Assembly: GCA_963730435.1 (NCBI GenBank)
Contig: CAVSRT010000013.1
Location: 11,536-75,535, forward strand
Direction: 5' to 3'
Length of the DNA stretch: 64,000 nt
Source of the DNA: an uncultured Actinomycetota bacterium
GTDB lineage: Bacteria; Actinomycetota; Actinomycetes; Streptosporangiales; Streptosporangiaceae
Below, one piece after another: positions 37,445 to 47,416 of the stretch. Positions within the stretch are counted from its first letter, which is position 1; every line of letters begins with the position of its first letter. The notes below the pieces were generated by a model. The model did not search any database. It was not told the origin of the DNA and saw only the letters and a list, made by a program, of their open reading frames with translations. The translations under genes were made by a program, and so were the position numbers.

Positions 37445-38173
37445 TCAGGCGATGGTGGTGGGCTGTTGCGCCGTGTCGGCGCGCCTGGTGTCCTGCTTAA
37501 TGGACAGCTTCCCGTTCTCCATGATGCCAAGCCGCTGCGCGCGCCGCGCGATCATGCTGTCGTGCGTGACGAGCACGAGGGTAAGTTCCTGCTCGCGCCA
37601 GAGCTTCTCGAGCAGGCCGATGATCTCGTCCCTGGTGCCCTCGTCGAGGTTTCCGGTCGGCTCGTCAGCCAGCAGCACCTTCGGCTGCTTCACCAGGGCC
37701 CTGGCGATCGCGACACGCTGCTGCTGGCCGCCGGACAGCTCCGACGGCAGGTGCTTGGCCCGGTCGGCCAGCCCCACGTCGGCGAGCGCGCTGGCGGCGC
37801 GCCGCCGCCGCTCCGGTGCCGGGACGCCCAGCGGCACTAGCGCGGTCTCCACGTTCTCCTGCGCGCTCAGCGTCGGCACCAGGTTGAACGTCTGGAAGAT
37901 GAACCCGATCGACTCGGCCCTGACCTTGGTCACCTGACCCTCCCGGAGCTGGGCCAGGTCCACCACGCCTATCTCGTCGCCGAACTCGATGCTGCCCGAT
38001 GTCGGCCGGTCGAGGCCGCCCAGCATCTGCAGCAGCGTCGACTTCCCGTGACCGGTGGGACCCTGGATGGCGAGCCACTCGCCGTCCTCGATGTCCAGGT
38101 CGACGCCCTGGAGCGCCGCGATGACACCGCGGCCCTTGTAGTAGTCCTTCTTCACGGCAGTCAGCTTGTACAT
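37445..38173 (-). CDS. ABC transporter ATP-binding protein (MacB/LolD-type)
   Basis: Walker A GPTGHGKST, signature LSGGQQQRVAIARA, Walker B VLLADEPTGNLD, H-loop VTHD. The ATG (MYKLTAV) is after GGGAG. Confidence 0.85.
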   Translation of the reverse strand: MYKLTAVKKDYYKGRGVIAALQGVDLDIEDGEWLAIQGPTGHGKSTLLQMLGGLDRPTSGSIEFGDEIGVVDLAQLREGQVTKVRAESIGFIFQTFNLVPTLSAQENVETALVPLGVPAPERRRRAASALADVGLADRAKHLPSELSGGQQQRVAIARALVKQPKVLLADEPTGNLDEGTRDEIIGLLEKLWREQELTLVLVTHDSMIARRAQRLGIMENGKLSIKQDTRRADTAQQPTTIA

Positions 38174-38234
38174 GACGCTCCCTGGATGGCCGCAGATCCC
38201 GCAGTTCTGAGTCGACTCGATGGCGCGTGGCTGC

Positions 38235-39761
38235 TCACTCGACCCTCGCCAGGGCTGCAGCCGGACGCAGCCGGGCCGCGCGCCAGCCACCGAATCCGCC
38301 GGCGATCAGGCCGCCCGCGATCGCCAGCACCACGGCCGCCACGATGGCGCTGGCCGTGACCGGCGCGCTGAGGTGCACCAGCGTCGTGTGCGGCGCGGCC
38401 GCTGAAAGCGCGGGGAACCGGCTGGCGCCGGTTCCGGTCCCGCCGCCTGGGAACCCGCCGCCTCCGCCAGCGAAGCCGCCGCCGCCTGATCCGAAGAATC
38501 TCGCGCCGCCCGGCGTGGCGCTGCCCGTGGCCTGGCCAAGCGAAGCCGTTAGCGTCGATGAGAAGTGGCCAACCAGCGCAGAGCCGAGGAAGCCGAGGCC
38601 GACCCCGATGACGCCGCCGACGATGCCGATGACGATCGCCTCGCCGACCACCTGGCCGACGACCCGCCGGCTGTTCCAGCCGAGCGCCTTGAGCGTGCCG
38701 AACTCACGGACGCGCCGCGACACTGCCGACATCGTCAGCAAGCTCGCCAGCAGGAACGCCGCCACGAGCACCGCGATAGCGAGCCACTTGCCGAGATTAT
38801 TGGCAAGGCTCGAGGCGCTGGCGACCGAGCCGGTCAGCTGACTAGCCAGATCCGAGGAGTTCTCCACGGTCGACTTGGGCAGTGCGGCAGAGATCGACTT
38901 CGACACCGAGGTGATGTCCGCCGCGCTGTCGGCCGCCACGTAGATCGTGTTGACGTCGTTCTTCATGCCCGCAAGCGCCTGCGCGCGGCCGAGCGGAATG
39001 TAGTAGTCGAAGGAGGTGGCACTCGCCGGAACACTGACGATGCCGACCACCTTGAAGCTGGTCTTCGCGATGGTGGCAGTGGCGCCTACCGCGATCTTGT
39101 TGGACTTGGCGTAGTTGGCATCGACCAGCGCCACGTCGGCCGCATTGTCCGTGCCCGTCAAGGTGCGGCCCGCCGTGAGCTTGCCGAGGCTCAGCGGGCC
39201 GAGCCCGGCCGCGCTGCTCGCGAGGTCGACGCCGTCCACGCTGAACGAGGTCGGCGTGAACGAGCCGCGGAAGCCCCCGCCGCCGCTCCCACCCCCACCC
39301 CCGCCGCCGAAGCCGCCGGAGCCGCTGCCGCCGACATTAATCGCCGGGATTTTGCCGGTGATCCTGGTGTCGGTCAGCGTCAGCCCGCCCGCGGCCGCTG
39401 CGACGTTCTTCAGCTTCGACACCGATGTGAGATTGGCCGCGGTCATGGTGCCCAGGCCGCCACTACGCAGCGTGTCAATATCGATCTTGGTGCCGGCCGC
39501 GGGCCTCTTGCCAGTGCCGAACGCGCCCCGGAAGCCGAACGAGCCAGGAGCGAACGAGCCCGCCGTCGGTGCCTTGGTGACGGTGATGTCGGTGTCCTGG
39601 CCATACAGCGAGTGCAGCACTTCGCCTTGCGCGTTCTTCACGCCGCTGGACAAGGCCGTCACCGTGATGACCAGCCCGATTCCGAGCGCCAGGCCGAGGA
39701 CGATGATGCTGGCCTGCCGGGCGCGCCGGCGCAGCTCACGCCTCAGGTAGGTAAGAAACAT
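38235..39761 (-). CDS. ABC transporter permease, FtsX family, with Gly-rich periplasmic insert
   Basis: N-terminal TM, large periplasmic domain with (G)n tracts, and a C-terminal 3-TM FtsX block. The ATG (MFLTYL) is 6 nt after AAGGAG. Confidence 0.8.
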   Translation of the reverse strand: MFLTYLRRELRRRARQASIIVLGLALGIGLVITVTALSSGVKNAQGEVLHSLYGQDTDITVTKAPTAGSFAPGSFGFRGAFGTGKRPAAGTKIDIDTLRSGGLGTMTAANLTSVSKLKNVAAAAGGLTLTDTRITGKIPAINVGGSGSGGFGGGGGGGSGGGGFRGSFTPTSFSVDGVDLASSAAGLGPLSLGKLTAGRTLTGTDNAADVALVDANYAKSNKIAVGATATIAKTSFKVVGIVSVPASATSFDYYIPLGRAQALAGMKNDVNTIYVAADSAADITSVSKSISAALPKSTVENSSDLASQLTGSVASASSLANNLGKWLAIAVLVAAFLLASLLTMSAVSRRVREFGTLKALGWNSRRVVGQVVGEAIVIGIVGGVIGVGLGFLGSALVGHFSSTLTASLGQATGSATPGGARFFGSGGGGFAGGGGGFPGGGTGTGASRFPALSAAAPHTTLVHLSAPVTASAIVAAVVLAIAGGLIAGGFGGWRAARLRPAAALARVE

Positions 39762-39928
39762 CCGCACTCCTTGCAGCAAGTGTTCGTCGCTGGAGCCGAG
39801 ATCAGTTCCTGCCGCTCCGTCGCGGCCCTATCGGACTCCCGCCGCATGCAATGGTCCGCGGCGATACCGATGATGGGCGTGCTTCCTGGGCGGACCCTGA
39901 ATGCACTCTGCGAGGTAGCAGGACGCCG

Positions 39929-41869
39929 TTAGTCCGAGGCTGGCAGCGGCTCGTCTATGCGCATGCGGTCTGCCAGCGCGTCATCCGCGCGCAGGCTGGC
40001 GGCCAGCGCCGCTTCGTCGTCGCCGCTGTCGGTCTGACCCGCAGCGACATAACGACCGAGCGCGCCGAGTGGCAGCAGCAGCCCGGGCACGAGCGGACCG
40101 CGACGACGCGCCGAGCTGCGTCCCGCCGGCCGACCGTTCGCGTTGGCCCGCTCGCCGGCGTCTGCCTCGTCGCTGAGACCGCTCCGGTAACTGCGGCCAG
40201 GGCCGTCGCTCCAGCCGCCGTCTGGCTGCTGAGCGCGGACCAGCCAGTCTGCCGCGAGGTCGACGCCGTCGATCGTCTCGGCGCCGCCGGCCACGAGCAG
40301 CGCGGTGACAGCGCGGGCAGTCGACGCCGCCTCGGACGCGCCGCCATGTACGCCCATGGCCCAGCCGGCATCCAGGTTCTGCTGGCTCAGCAGCCAGTCG
40401 ACCGCCGCCCGGATGGGCGACTTGCCCGGCAGGACGCCGGCGACGAGAAGCGCGTGCAGCACCGTCGCGGTCGTGGCCAGGCCATCGGCGCCGCGCCACG
40501 AACCGTCCGGCAACTGCTCGCGCAGCAGCCAGATCACGCCGCGACGCAGGACGCGCGAGTCGGGCGCACCCTGAGTCGCTAGCGCCCGCACGACATGTGC
40601 GGTCACAGCGACCGAGCCGCTCCAGCTGCCATCGCGGCTCTGGACGCCGGTCAGCCATCGGATCGCGTTGCGGATCGCGGGCCTGCCGGTCAGGCCAGGC
40701 AGCTCGACCCGGCTCAGGGCGAGCAGCACTCTGGCCGTGTCGGCGACCACGGGGTAACCGTCCCGGCCGAACGACCAGCCTGACGGCTCGGGCCCGGATG
40801 CGACGCCAGCCCAGTCGGCCGGACCCTCGATCCGCTGGAGGAGCAACCAGCGTCCGGCAGTCACGAGCGCGGGGTGATCCGCCGCTACGGGCGAGTCGGC
40901 AAGCGCCTCGATGGCCAGCGTGGTGTCCAGGACTGGCGGCTGGCGAACGGCCGGCGGCTTTGCAGACCCGGCAGCATGCCGCGGCTGGGCCGTAGCCGCG
41001 TCGAGCCAGGACAGGCCCTTGGCCAGCACAGGATGGTCGGGCGGGTACCCAAGGAGGTGAAGCGCCACCAGCGAGCATGGCCAGCAAGGGCGGCGTGAGG
41101 CGGGCAGACCGGAGCGGTGCTGCCAGCCGATGAGCCACTGTCCGCACTTGCGCAGGGCAGCTGACTGCGCGAGGGTCAGCGCCGGCCTCCGCGTGCGTGC
41201 CCGGCGATCCGCGGCTGGAGGGCCGCCCGGTTCGCCAGTATGCAATTCGCTGAGCTCGATCGGGAGCGGCCGGGCCGGCCGCAACGTCGCGATTATGGTC
41301 AGCGCAACGCCCGCGGGCCGACCCCAGACGGCGCGATCCGGGCGGCTTGCGGCGTAGCGACCCGGCAGGTAGATGAGCTCAGGGGCGGGAACGTGGATGC
41401 CCTCCCACCCGGCAAGCCCGAAGGTCGCGAGCCACGTCCGGGCGAGGACTCCGGCACCGGCGACGCCGCCTGCATCCCTGATCCACCCCGCGGCCACGGC
41501 CATGTGGTAGGCGTCTGCCGAATCGCCCGCGAGGCGCAGGGCGAGATAGGCGAGCACCGATGCCGACAAGTCACCGGCGGCCGCCGGTCCTTCGCCTTCG
41601 GCCGCGGACTCGCCGCTGCCCGTCCACCGGCCGTCAGCCTGCTGAAGCGACCTAATCTGCTGCGCGGTCGCGTTCGTCTTCTCGGCGGTCCTGATCCCGA
41701 GGACCTCCCTGACGAGGAGGGCTTCGGCTTCCAGCGTCACATCGCCGACGGAGCGCCCGGACCACCAGCCCTGGCTGTCCTGGCGCGCAAGCAGGATCCG
41801 GCTTGCCCGCCGCACCGCAGCCCCAGCCGCACCGCGCGGGCCGGTCACGTCCTCATCTGCGGCGCTCAT
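39929..41869 (-). CDS. squalene-hopene cyclase (class II terpene cyclase) homolog with degenerate catalytic motif (VVADTA instead of DxDDTA)
   Basis: Aligns end to end with SHC: N-terminal QDSQGWWSG...TLEAEALLV, multiple QW motifs, and the C-terminal ...LLPLGALGRY. The DXDD region reads GYPVVADTARVLLAL. Confidence 0.75.
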   Translation of the reverse strand: MSAADEDVTGPRGAAGAAVRRASRILLARQDSQGWWSGRSVGDVTLEAEALLVREVLGIRTAEKTNATAQQIRSLQQADGRWTGSGESAAEGEGPAAAGDLSASVLAYLALRLAGDSADAYHMAVAAGWIRDAGGVAGAGVLARTWLATFGLAGWEGIHVPAPELIYLPGRYAASRPDRAVWGRPAGVALTIIATLRPARPLPIELSELHTGEPGGPPAADRRARTRRPALTLAQSAALRKCGQWLIGWQHRSGLPASRRPCWPCSLVALHLLGYPPDHPVLAKGLSWLDAATAQPRHAAGSAKPPAVRQPPVLDTTLAIEALADSPVAADHPALVTAGRWLLLQRIEGPADWAGVASGPEPSGWSFGRDGYPVVADTARVLLALSRVELPGLTGRPAIRNAIRWLTGVQSRDGSWSGSVAVTAHVVRALATQGAPDSRVLRRGVIWLLREQLPDGSWRGADGLATTATVLHALLVAGVLPGKSPIRAAVDWLLSQQNLDAGWAMGVHGGASEAASTARAVTALLVAGGAETIDGVDLAADWLVRAQQPDGGWSDGPGRSYRSGLSDEADAGERANANGRPAGRSSARRRGPLVPGLLLPLGALGRYVAAGQTDSGDDEAALAASLRADDALADRMRIDEPLPASD

Positions 41870-43854
41870 GCCGAGCTGCTCACGTGCTGTGTGGCGGCCG
41901 TGGAGGTGGTGGCCGTGGACGTGGTGGCCGGAACGTCCGGCCCGCCGCGGGCGCGTCTGGCCTTTGCGCGCGCAGGATCCCCGACAACGTCAGGACCCTC
42001 CGCAGCCACCTGGCCGTTGGCGCCTTCCGGATCGCCGGCAGGCCCAGGACCCGCCGCATCGACCGCGTCCGTCTCGCCTGCGCCGATGCCGGCCTGCGAC
42101 GCACTAGGCTCCGCCGTGCTCGTCTCCGCCGCACTGACCTCCGCCGCACTGACCTCCGCCGCACTGACCTCCGCCGCACTGACCTCCGCCGCACTGACCT
42201 CCGCCGCACTGACCTCCGCCGCACTGACCTCCGCCGCACTGGCCTCCGCCGTGCTGGCCGGAGCGGTGCTCGTGGGCGCGGGCGGCGTGCTCTCGGGCGC
42301 AGCCGGAGCCGGAGCCGGTGCCGGCCCCGGTCCCGGTGCGACCGACCCTCTGATGGCCAGCGCCGTGACGGCCGGCACTGTGCTGGCGGGAAGCGTGGTC
42401 GCCCGGACTCGCGCCGCCGGGACCCCGGCCGCCGGGACTCTGGCCGCCGGCACCTTCGCGCGGGCTGGCAGCTCCGCCATGAGCTTCTGCGCGGCGGCCT
42501 GACCGCTTCGGACAGCGCCCTCCATCGTGTCCGGCCAGCCGGTGTCGGTCCATGCTCCTGCCATCGCGAAGCCGGCGGGTCCGGCCTGCGCTAGTCGCAG
42601 TCGCTGCGAGCCAGGGACGTGCGCGATAGTGGCGCGGCGTTCCCTGGTGACGAAGAAGTCCTCCACACTTGCCTCAGCCGCGGCCGGGAACAGTCGCTCC
42701 ATTGCGGGCAGGAACTCTGCCCGCAACTGGGCTGCCGGGGTATCCAGGTACGCACCGGCAGCGCGCACCGAGGCGGCCAGGTACTGCCCGGCGTGCAGGC
42801 CGGACGGCGCTGTCTTGTCCATGACCCAGTGCACCGGGGAGCCGGCAGCGGCCGCGAATGGCAGCCGCGTCACGCGGCTGCCGTAGATGACGTGGATGCT
42901 CATCACCGGCGACGGCTCAAGCTGAGCCCACCGGGGCGCGTCGCCAGCAAGGCTGTCTGGAGCTAGGACGGCCGCCTCCCAGGCAGGCACCGCGAGGACG
43001 ACTCCGGCCGCGTGGATCCGTGCCGGCCCGTTCTCGAAGAGGGTTCCCTGCCGGATGTCGACTCCCTGCGCAGTACCGGTGTGCTCCCCGTAGGCGAGCC
43101 CGATGTCCCAGCCACCAGCGGCGCCAGCCCGCAGGGACGACACGCGGACGCCGAGACGGACCATCACCCTGAGCTGGCGCAGCAGCTCCGCGGCCGGATT
43201 ACCGTGCAGGTGGCTGAGCGGCACCGATGGCACGCCGAGATCGGCGCTGTCGCGCCTGGAAAGCACGGCGGTCCTGATCGCGCTGGCCGCCATGGCCAGA
43301 TCAGCGCTCTCGCTGTTGACGTTGAGCGCCGATAGCGACAGCTGATCCCAGAACAGCCGGCGAGCGCGCTCGTCCTGGCCGTGCCGGGCAAGCCAGTCAT
43401 CGAGGCTGCGGTCCTCTCGCCCGGCGATGTCGACGAACTGCAGAGCCAGCGCAGCGGTCGCGACCTTCGCCCGCTCGAGCCGAGACAGCAGGCGGTACCC
43501 GGCCAGCGACCGGGCCAGATGCCAGGGTGCGGGCAGCCCCGACCGCCGTACCCGTGCCAGCGCGTCGGGACCAAGCACAGTGAGATCGAGCTCGTCCTGC
43601 ACCGGGCCGCAGCCCGCGACCCCGAGCCTGGCCAGCAGCTCCCGGTATGCCAGGCAGCAGCGAAGGAAGACGTGCTGGCCGTTGTCGATGGTGAGCCCGC
43701 GCCTGGCGAATGACCACGTCGCGCCGCCTAGCCACGGCCTGGCCTCCAGCAGCGTGACCTGCAGGCCAGCGTCCGCCAGGTCAATGGCAGCACTAATCCC
43801 GGCTAATCCCCCGCCGATGACGACGACGCTCGCGCGACCTCCGGCCAGCGTCAT
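41866..43854 (-). CDS. HpnE-like FAD-dependent oxidoreductase (hydroxysqualene dehydroxylase/amine-oxidase fold) with about 200-aa low-complexity C-terminal tail containing (EVSAA)7-8
   Basis: GxGxxG VVVIGGGLAGISAA...LLEAR...GG...DNGQHVFL is typical of HpnE/phytoene-desaturase-like enzymes. The stop overlaps the SHC-like start in an ATGA junction. The internal ATG (MTLAGG) after GGGGGA is chosen as the start. Confidence 0.7.
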   Translation of the reverse strand: MTLAGGRASVVVIGGGLAGISAAIDLADAGLQVTLLEARPWLGGATWSFARRGLTIDNGQHVFLRCCLAYRELLARLGVAGCGPVQDELDLTVLGPDALARVRRSGLPAPWHLARSLAGYRLLSRLERAKVATAALALQFVDIAGREDRSLDDWLARHGQDERARRLFWDQLSLSALNVNSESADLAMAASAIRTAVLSRRDSADLGVPSVPLSHLHGNPAAELLRQLRVMVRLGVRVSSLRAGAAGGWDIGLAYGEHTGTAQGVDIRQGTLFENGPARIHAAGVVLAVPAWEAAVLAPDSLAGDAPRWAQLEPSPVMSIHVIYGSRVTRLPFAAAAGSPVHWVMDKTAPSGLHAGQYLAASVRAAGAYLDTPAAQLRAEFLPAMERLFPAAAEASVEDFFVTRERRATIAHVPGSQRLRLAQAGPAGFAMAGAWTDTGWPDTMEGAVRSGQAAAQKLMAELPARAKVPAARVPAAGVPAARVRATTLPASTVPAVTALAIRGSVAPGPGPAPAPAPAAPESTPPAPTSTAPASTAEASAAEVSAAEVSAAEVSAAEVSAAEVSAAEVSAAEVSAAETSTAEPSASQAGIGAGETDAVDAAGPGPAGDPEGANGQVAAEGPDVVGDPARAKARRARGGPDVPATTSTATTSTAATQHVSSSA
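42110..42245. repeat. 15-bp tandem repeat (CCGCACTGACCTCCG) x8 inside the HpnE-like gene tail
   Basis: Direct reading; encodes EVSAA repeats on the minus strand. Confidence 0.8.
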
Positions 43855-44272
43855 ACCCGATCCCCCGTCATGCCCCGACCCCCATCGGTTGACCCACCGC
43901 ATTGCTGCAGGCACGCGGATTCTAGCGAACCTCAGCGCCCGGCTCACCGTTCGCGCAAGTACTGGCCAGCCATGAATACGCGACCGGACTGCGCCAGGCA
44001 GTCCCGCGCCGGAGTGCCCCCGCGCCTCGCGGCTCAGCCCTTGCCGGATCAGTCATGCAGGGACCGGCCGGACGCCAGCTTCAGAGCCTGGCCCTGCGAC
44101 TGCACGATGCAACTCACACGTCGCATTTCGCAGAAACGTCTTCAGAATTCGGACCGCTCATCCGGTTTCATCTTTCTCCAGCGCATTCGGATGTTACGCT
44201 CCGATATCGTCTGCCAGGGATTTTGCCCTGACGGCGAGCTCCGCAAAAACCTCTCAGACTGGGGCCTCAGCC

Positions 44273-47200
44273 ATGGGATTGCGTCATAGGTCCATCCGAC
44301 TGAGGGTTGGCATCCTCATCGTCGTGCCGGTGCTCTGCCTGATAGGGCTGTATGCATTCGCTGCCAGCATCACTCTCGGTAGCGCCCTGACGCAGTCGCA
44401 GGCCAAGACGGTCCGCAGTGACCTGCTCACGCCCGTCGGCAACTTCCAGGCGGCCCTCGCCGCGGAGCGGCACCTCGCGGTCCTGAGCCTCTCCAATCCC
44501 ACGAGCACGCAGTTCGCGTCCGAAGTCGGCATGCAGGAAAACAACACTCGCAAGGCGTTCGACGCACTTCAGCTGGCGGTCAAGGCGCCGCAAGTCGCCG
44601 ACCATGCCTCGGCCGGCGAGCAAAAGGCGATCAAGAGCCTGCTGGCCTACGCGGGCACCCTGACAGCAATCCGCAGCAACGTCGCCGCCGGCGCGATCGG
44701 CATGAGCACGACCGTGGCTGACTACAACGGAATCATCAGCGCCGGCTACACGGTGCTCGACGAGGCCATCGACTCCCAGTCGAACGTCCCCGTAGTGACG
44801 CAAGCACTGGATGTCATCAACCTGGACCGCGGCTTGCAGGCGATGCTCGCCGAGAGCGACCTGCTGACCGGGGACATGACACAGCTCAAGTTCCCGCCGA
44901 GCGACAGGATCATGTTCGCCGAGCTGGCGGCGCAGCGGCAGCAGCTCGTCGCCACTGGTACGGCTGAGCTGCTGCCGGACTACGCGGCATTGATCAATCG
45001 CAACGTCACACCGGCCGTCGGCAAGTCATTGACGACGCTGGAAGACCAGGTCATCGCCACGCCGTGGCGGAAGGGGCAGCCGCCAGCCGACCTCGTCGCC
45101 AACACAGCGGCGTTCGGTCCCTACGCCAAGTCAATGGCGACGGCGCTCAGCGAGGCAGGCACCAAGCTGCAGGACCAGACGTCGCACCAGGCCAACGTCG
45201 TCTTCATCGAGCTCATCCTCGCGGCCGGGCTCGGCCTGCTCGGCACTATTGCATCGATCGCTCTCTCACTGGTCATCGGCCGCGGCCTAGTACGGCAGCT
45301 GCGTGAGCTCCGCGAGTCGGCGCTCAGCCTGGCGCACGACAAGCTGCCGGCGGTCATCGGCCAGCTTCGCGCCGGCCAGCAGGTCGATCCGAGCGACTAC
45401 GAGCCAGGCGAGGCGTCAGCGGGCAACGAGATCGCGCAGGTCCAGCACGCCTTCAACGTCGTGCAGCAGACCGCGGTCCAGACCGCCATCGACGAAGCGC
45501 GGCTGCGCCGTGGCATCAGCGATGTGTTCAGGAACCTGGCCGGCCGCAGCCAGTCTCTGCTGCACCGGCAGCTCACCCTGCTGGACGGCATGGAACGCCG
45601 GGCCACCGAGCCGGATGAGCTCGAGGACCTGTTCCGGATCGACCACCTCACCACCCGCATGCGGCGGCATGCTGAGGGCCTGATCATCCTCTCCGGCGAG
45701 GCGCCGGCCCGTGGCTGGCGCCAGCCAGTCCCCCTTGTCGACGTCCTGCGCGCGGCAGTAGCCGAGGTCGAGGACTACACCAGGATCAGGGTGCTGTGCC
45801 GGACGAATGCGGCTGTGGCCGGCCATGCCGTGGCCGACGTCATTCACCTCGTGGCCGAGCTGGCCGAGAACGCGACGGTCTTCTCGCCGCCGAACACCCC
45901 CGTGCGCATCCAGGGCGACATCGTCGGGCGGGGGTTCGCGGTCGAGATCGAGGACCGCGGTCTGGGCATCTCCCAGGTCCGCATGGACGAGATCAACGCG
46001 AACCTCGCTAGCCCGCCGCAGTTTGACCTGTCGGGCAGTGACCGGCTCGGCTTGTTCATCGCCGGTCAGCTGGCGCAGCGGCACGAGATCAAGATCACCT
46101 TGCGGCCCTCAGTCTACGGCGGCACGACCGCGATCGTGCTGATCCCCACCAGCCTGGTAGTCGAGGAAGACACTTACGAGCGCGACCCCGCGCTGCCTGC
46201 CGGGAGCGACGAGTCAGGCCCGCTGCCCGACCGCATCGCCGGGCGCCACGCTGCGCTCGCGCAGGTGAGCGGCCGGCTTGCCGCCGGCACCGCCGCGATC
46301 AACGGGGCTAACGGGACGAACGGCTATGGGCACGCGCGGCCCGACAGCGACGTTGACGGCGACCTCGACCGGCCGGGGCTGCCGTTGCGCAGCCAGCCGA
46401 CGCCGGCCAACGGTGCCGACTTCGGCGGCGTCAGCGAGCCCGACCCGGTCAGAGTGCCATGGGCTGACGACGGCGCTGTGCCGAGCGAGCCGGAGCCGGT
46501 CAGGCTCGCGTGGTCCGGGGAGAGCCAGAGTCCAGGTCAGCCCGAGCCAGTGAGGCTGTCCTGGTCCGACAACACGGTCAGCCCGAGCCAGCCGGATCCC
46601 GCCGGCGATCCAGAACCGGTCAAGCTGTCCTGGTCCGACGAGAGCGCGCGTGCCAGCGAGCGCGAGCCCGTCAGGATGTCCTGGGCCGATGACAGCGCGG
46701 GTACCGGCGAGCGCGAGCCCGTCAGGATGTCCTGGGCCGATGACAGCGCGGGAACGGGCGAGCGCGAGCCCGTCCGGCTCGCATGGTCCGACGACAGCGC
46801 CGCGACTGGCCAGCCCGAGCCCGCGCGGTTCTCCTGGTCAGACAACGGCAGCGCGGCGAGCCCGGCTGGGCCTGCCAGCTCCCCCAGCCAGCCGGACCCT
46901 GATGCTGACGCCAGGACGAGCACCTCCGAGCTTGGACTGCCGATCCGGGTGCGCCAGGCGAGCCTCGCGCCGCAGCTGCGTAACTCGGCGCCGCGCCCGG
47001 CGCCTGAGCCCATCGCCGGCAACGGCTTCTTCAGTCCGGCCACGCCCGCCGGGGGCAGGCGCTTCATGCCGCGGGAGTCCGCTACCGGCAGCTTCACGCC
47101 GCGCCAGCCCGCGGCGGCCGACTCGAGCCCGACCATGGCTTCGCCCGAAGCCGCCCGCAACACGATGAGCGCACTGCAGCGCGGCTGGCAGCTGGGCCGG

Positions 47201-47386
47201 GTCGAAGCGGAGCAGGACGCCACTTCGACGTCCGGCAGCTACGTGCCCGGAGAATCGGGACCGCACCAGTTCCCCACGACACCGAGTACATCCACAGCTG
47301 GCCAGGAACGCGGTCCGTACGCCGCTGGCACTCCAACCTCAGGGCCTGACCTGGCCGACAGCGCTGACCAGCGCGACGAAGAATAA
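44273..47386 (+). CDS. cvnA: conservon sensor-kinase-like protein (CvnA-type: N-terminal TM, NIT-like sensing domain, HAMP, HATPase_c) with about 330-aa Pro/Ser-rich C-terminal tail carrying about 8 EPVRxSWSD repeats
   Basis: Architecture and gene order (followed by roadblock, DUF742, GTPase) match Streptomyces conservons. HATPase motifs (..ELAENATVFSPPNT..DRGLGIS..). Confidence 0.8.
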   Translation: MGLRHRSIRLRVGILIVVPVLCLIGLYAFAASITLGSALTQSQAKTVRSDLLTPVGNFQAALAAERHLAVLSLSNPTSTQFASEVGMQENNTRKAFDALQLAVKAPQVADHASAGEQKAIKSLLAYAGTLTAIRSNVAAGAIGMSTTVADYNGIISAGYTVLDEAIDSQSNVPVVTQALDVINLDRGLQAMLAESDLLTGDMTQLKFPPSDRIMFAELAAQRQQLVATGTAELLPDYAALINRNVTPAVGKSLTTLEDQVIATPWRKGQPPADLVANTAAFGPYAKSMATALSEAGTKLQDQTSHQANVVFIELILAAGLGLLGTIASIALSLVIGRGLVRQLRELRESALSLAHDKLPAVIGQLRAGQQVDPSDYEPGEASAGNEIAQVQHAFNVVQQTAVQTAIDEARLRRGISDVFRNLAGRSQSLLHRQLTLLDGMERRATEPDELEDLFRIDHLTTRMRRHAEGLIILSGEAPARGWRQPVPLVDVLRAAVAEVEDYTRIRVLCRTNAAVAGHAVADVIHLVAELAENATVFSPPNTPVRIQGDIVGRGFAVEIEDRGLGISQVRMDEINANLASPPQFDLSGSDRLGLFIAGQLAQRHEIKITLRPSVYGGTTAIVLIPTSLVVEEDTYERDPALPAGSDESGPLPDRIAGRHAALAQVSGRLAAGTAAINGANGTNGYGHARPDSDVDGDLDRPGLPLRSQPTPANGADFGGVSEPDPVRVPWADDGAVPSEPEPVRLAWSGESQSPGQPEPVRLSWSDNTVSPSQPDPAGDPEPVKLSWSDESARASEREPVRMSWADDSAGTGEREPVRMSWADDSAGTGEREPVRLAWSDDSAATGQPEPARFSWSDNGSAASPAGPASSPSQPDPDADARTSTSELGLPIRVRQASLAPQLRNSAPRPAPEPIAGNGFFSPATPAGGRRFMPRESATGSFTPRQPAAADSSPTMASPEAARNTMSALQRGWQLGRVEAEQDATSTSGSYVPGESGPHQFPTTPSTSTAGQERGPYAAGTPTSGPDLADSADQRDEE

Positions 47387-47416
47387 GCGAAAGATCGACG
47401 GCAAGGGGAGGCCGAC

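Noticed and set aside
44095-44150. Possible third partial copy of the repeated element (reverse strand ...TTCTGAAGACGTTTCTGCGAAATGCGACG...) upstream of the hpnE-like operon
   Set aside because: It shares only the CTGAAGAC octamer and a loosely palindromic TTTCGCAGAAA. This is too weak to call without a genome-wide model.
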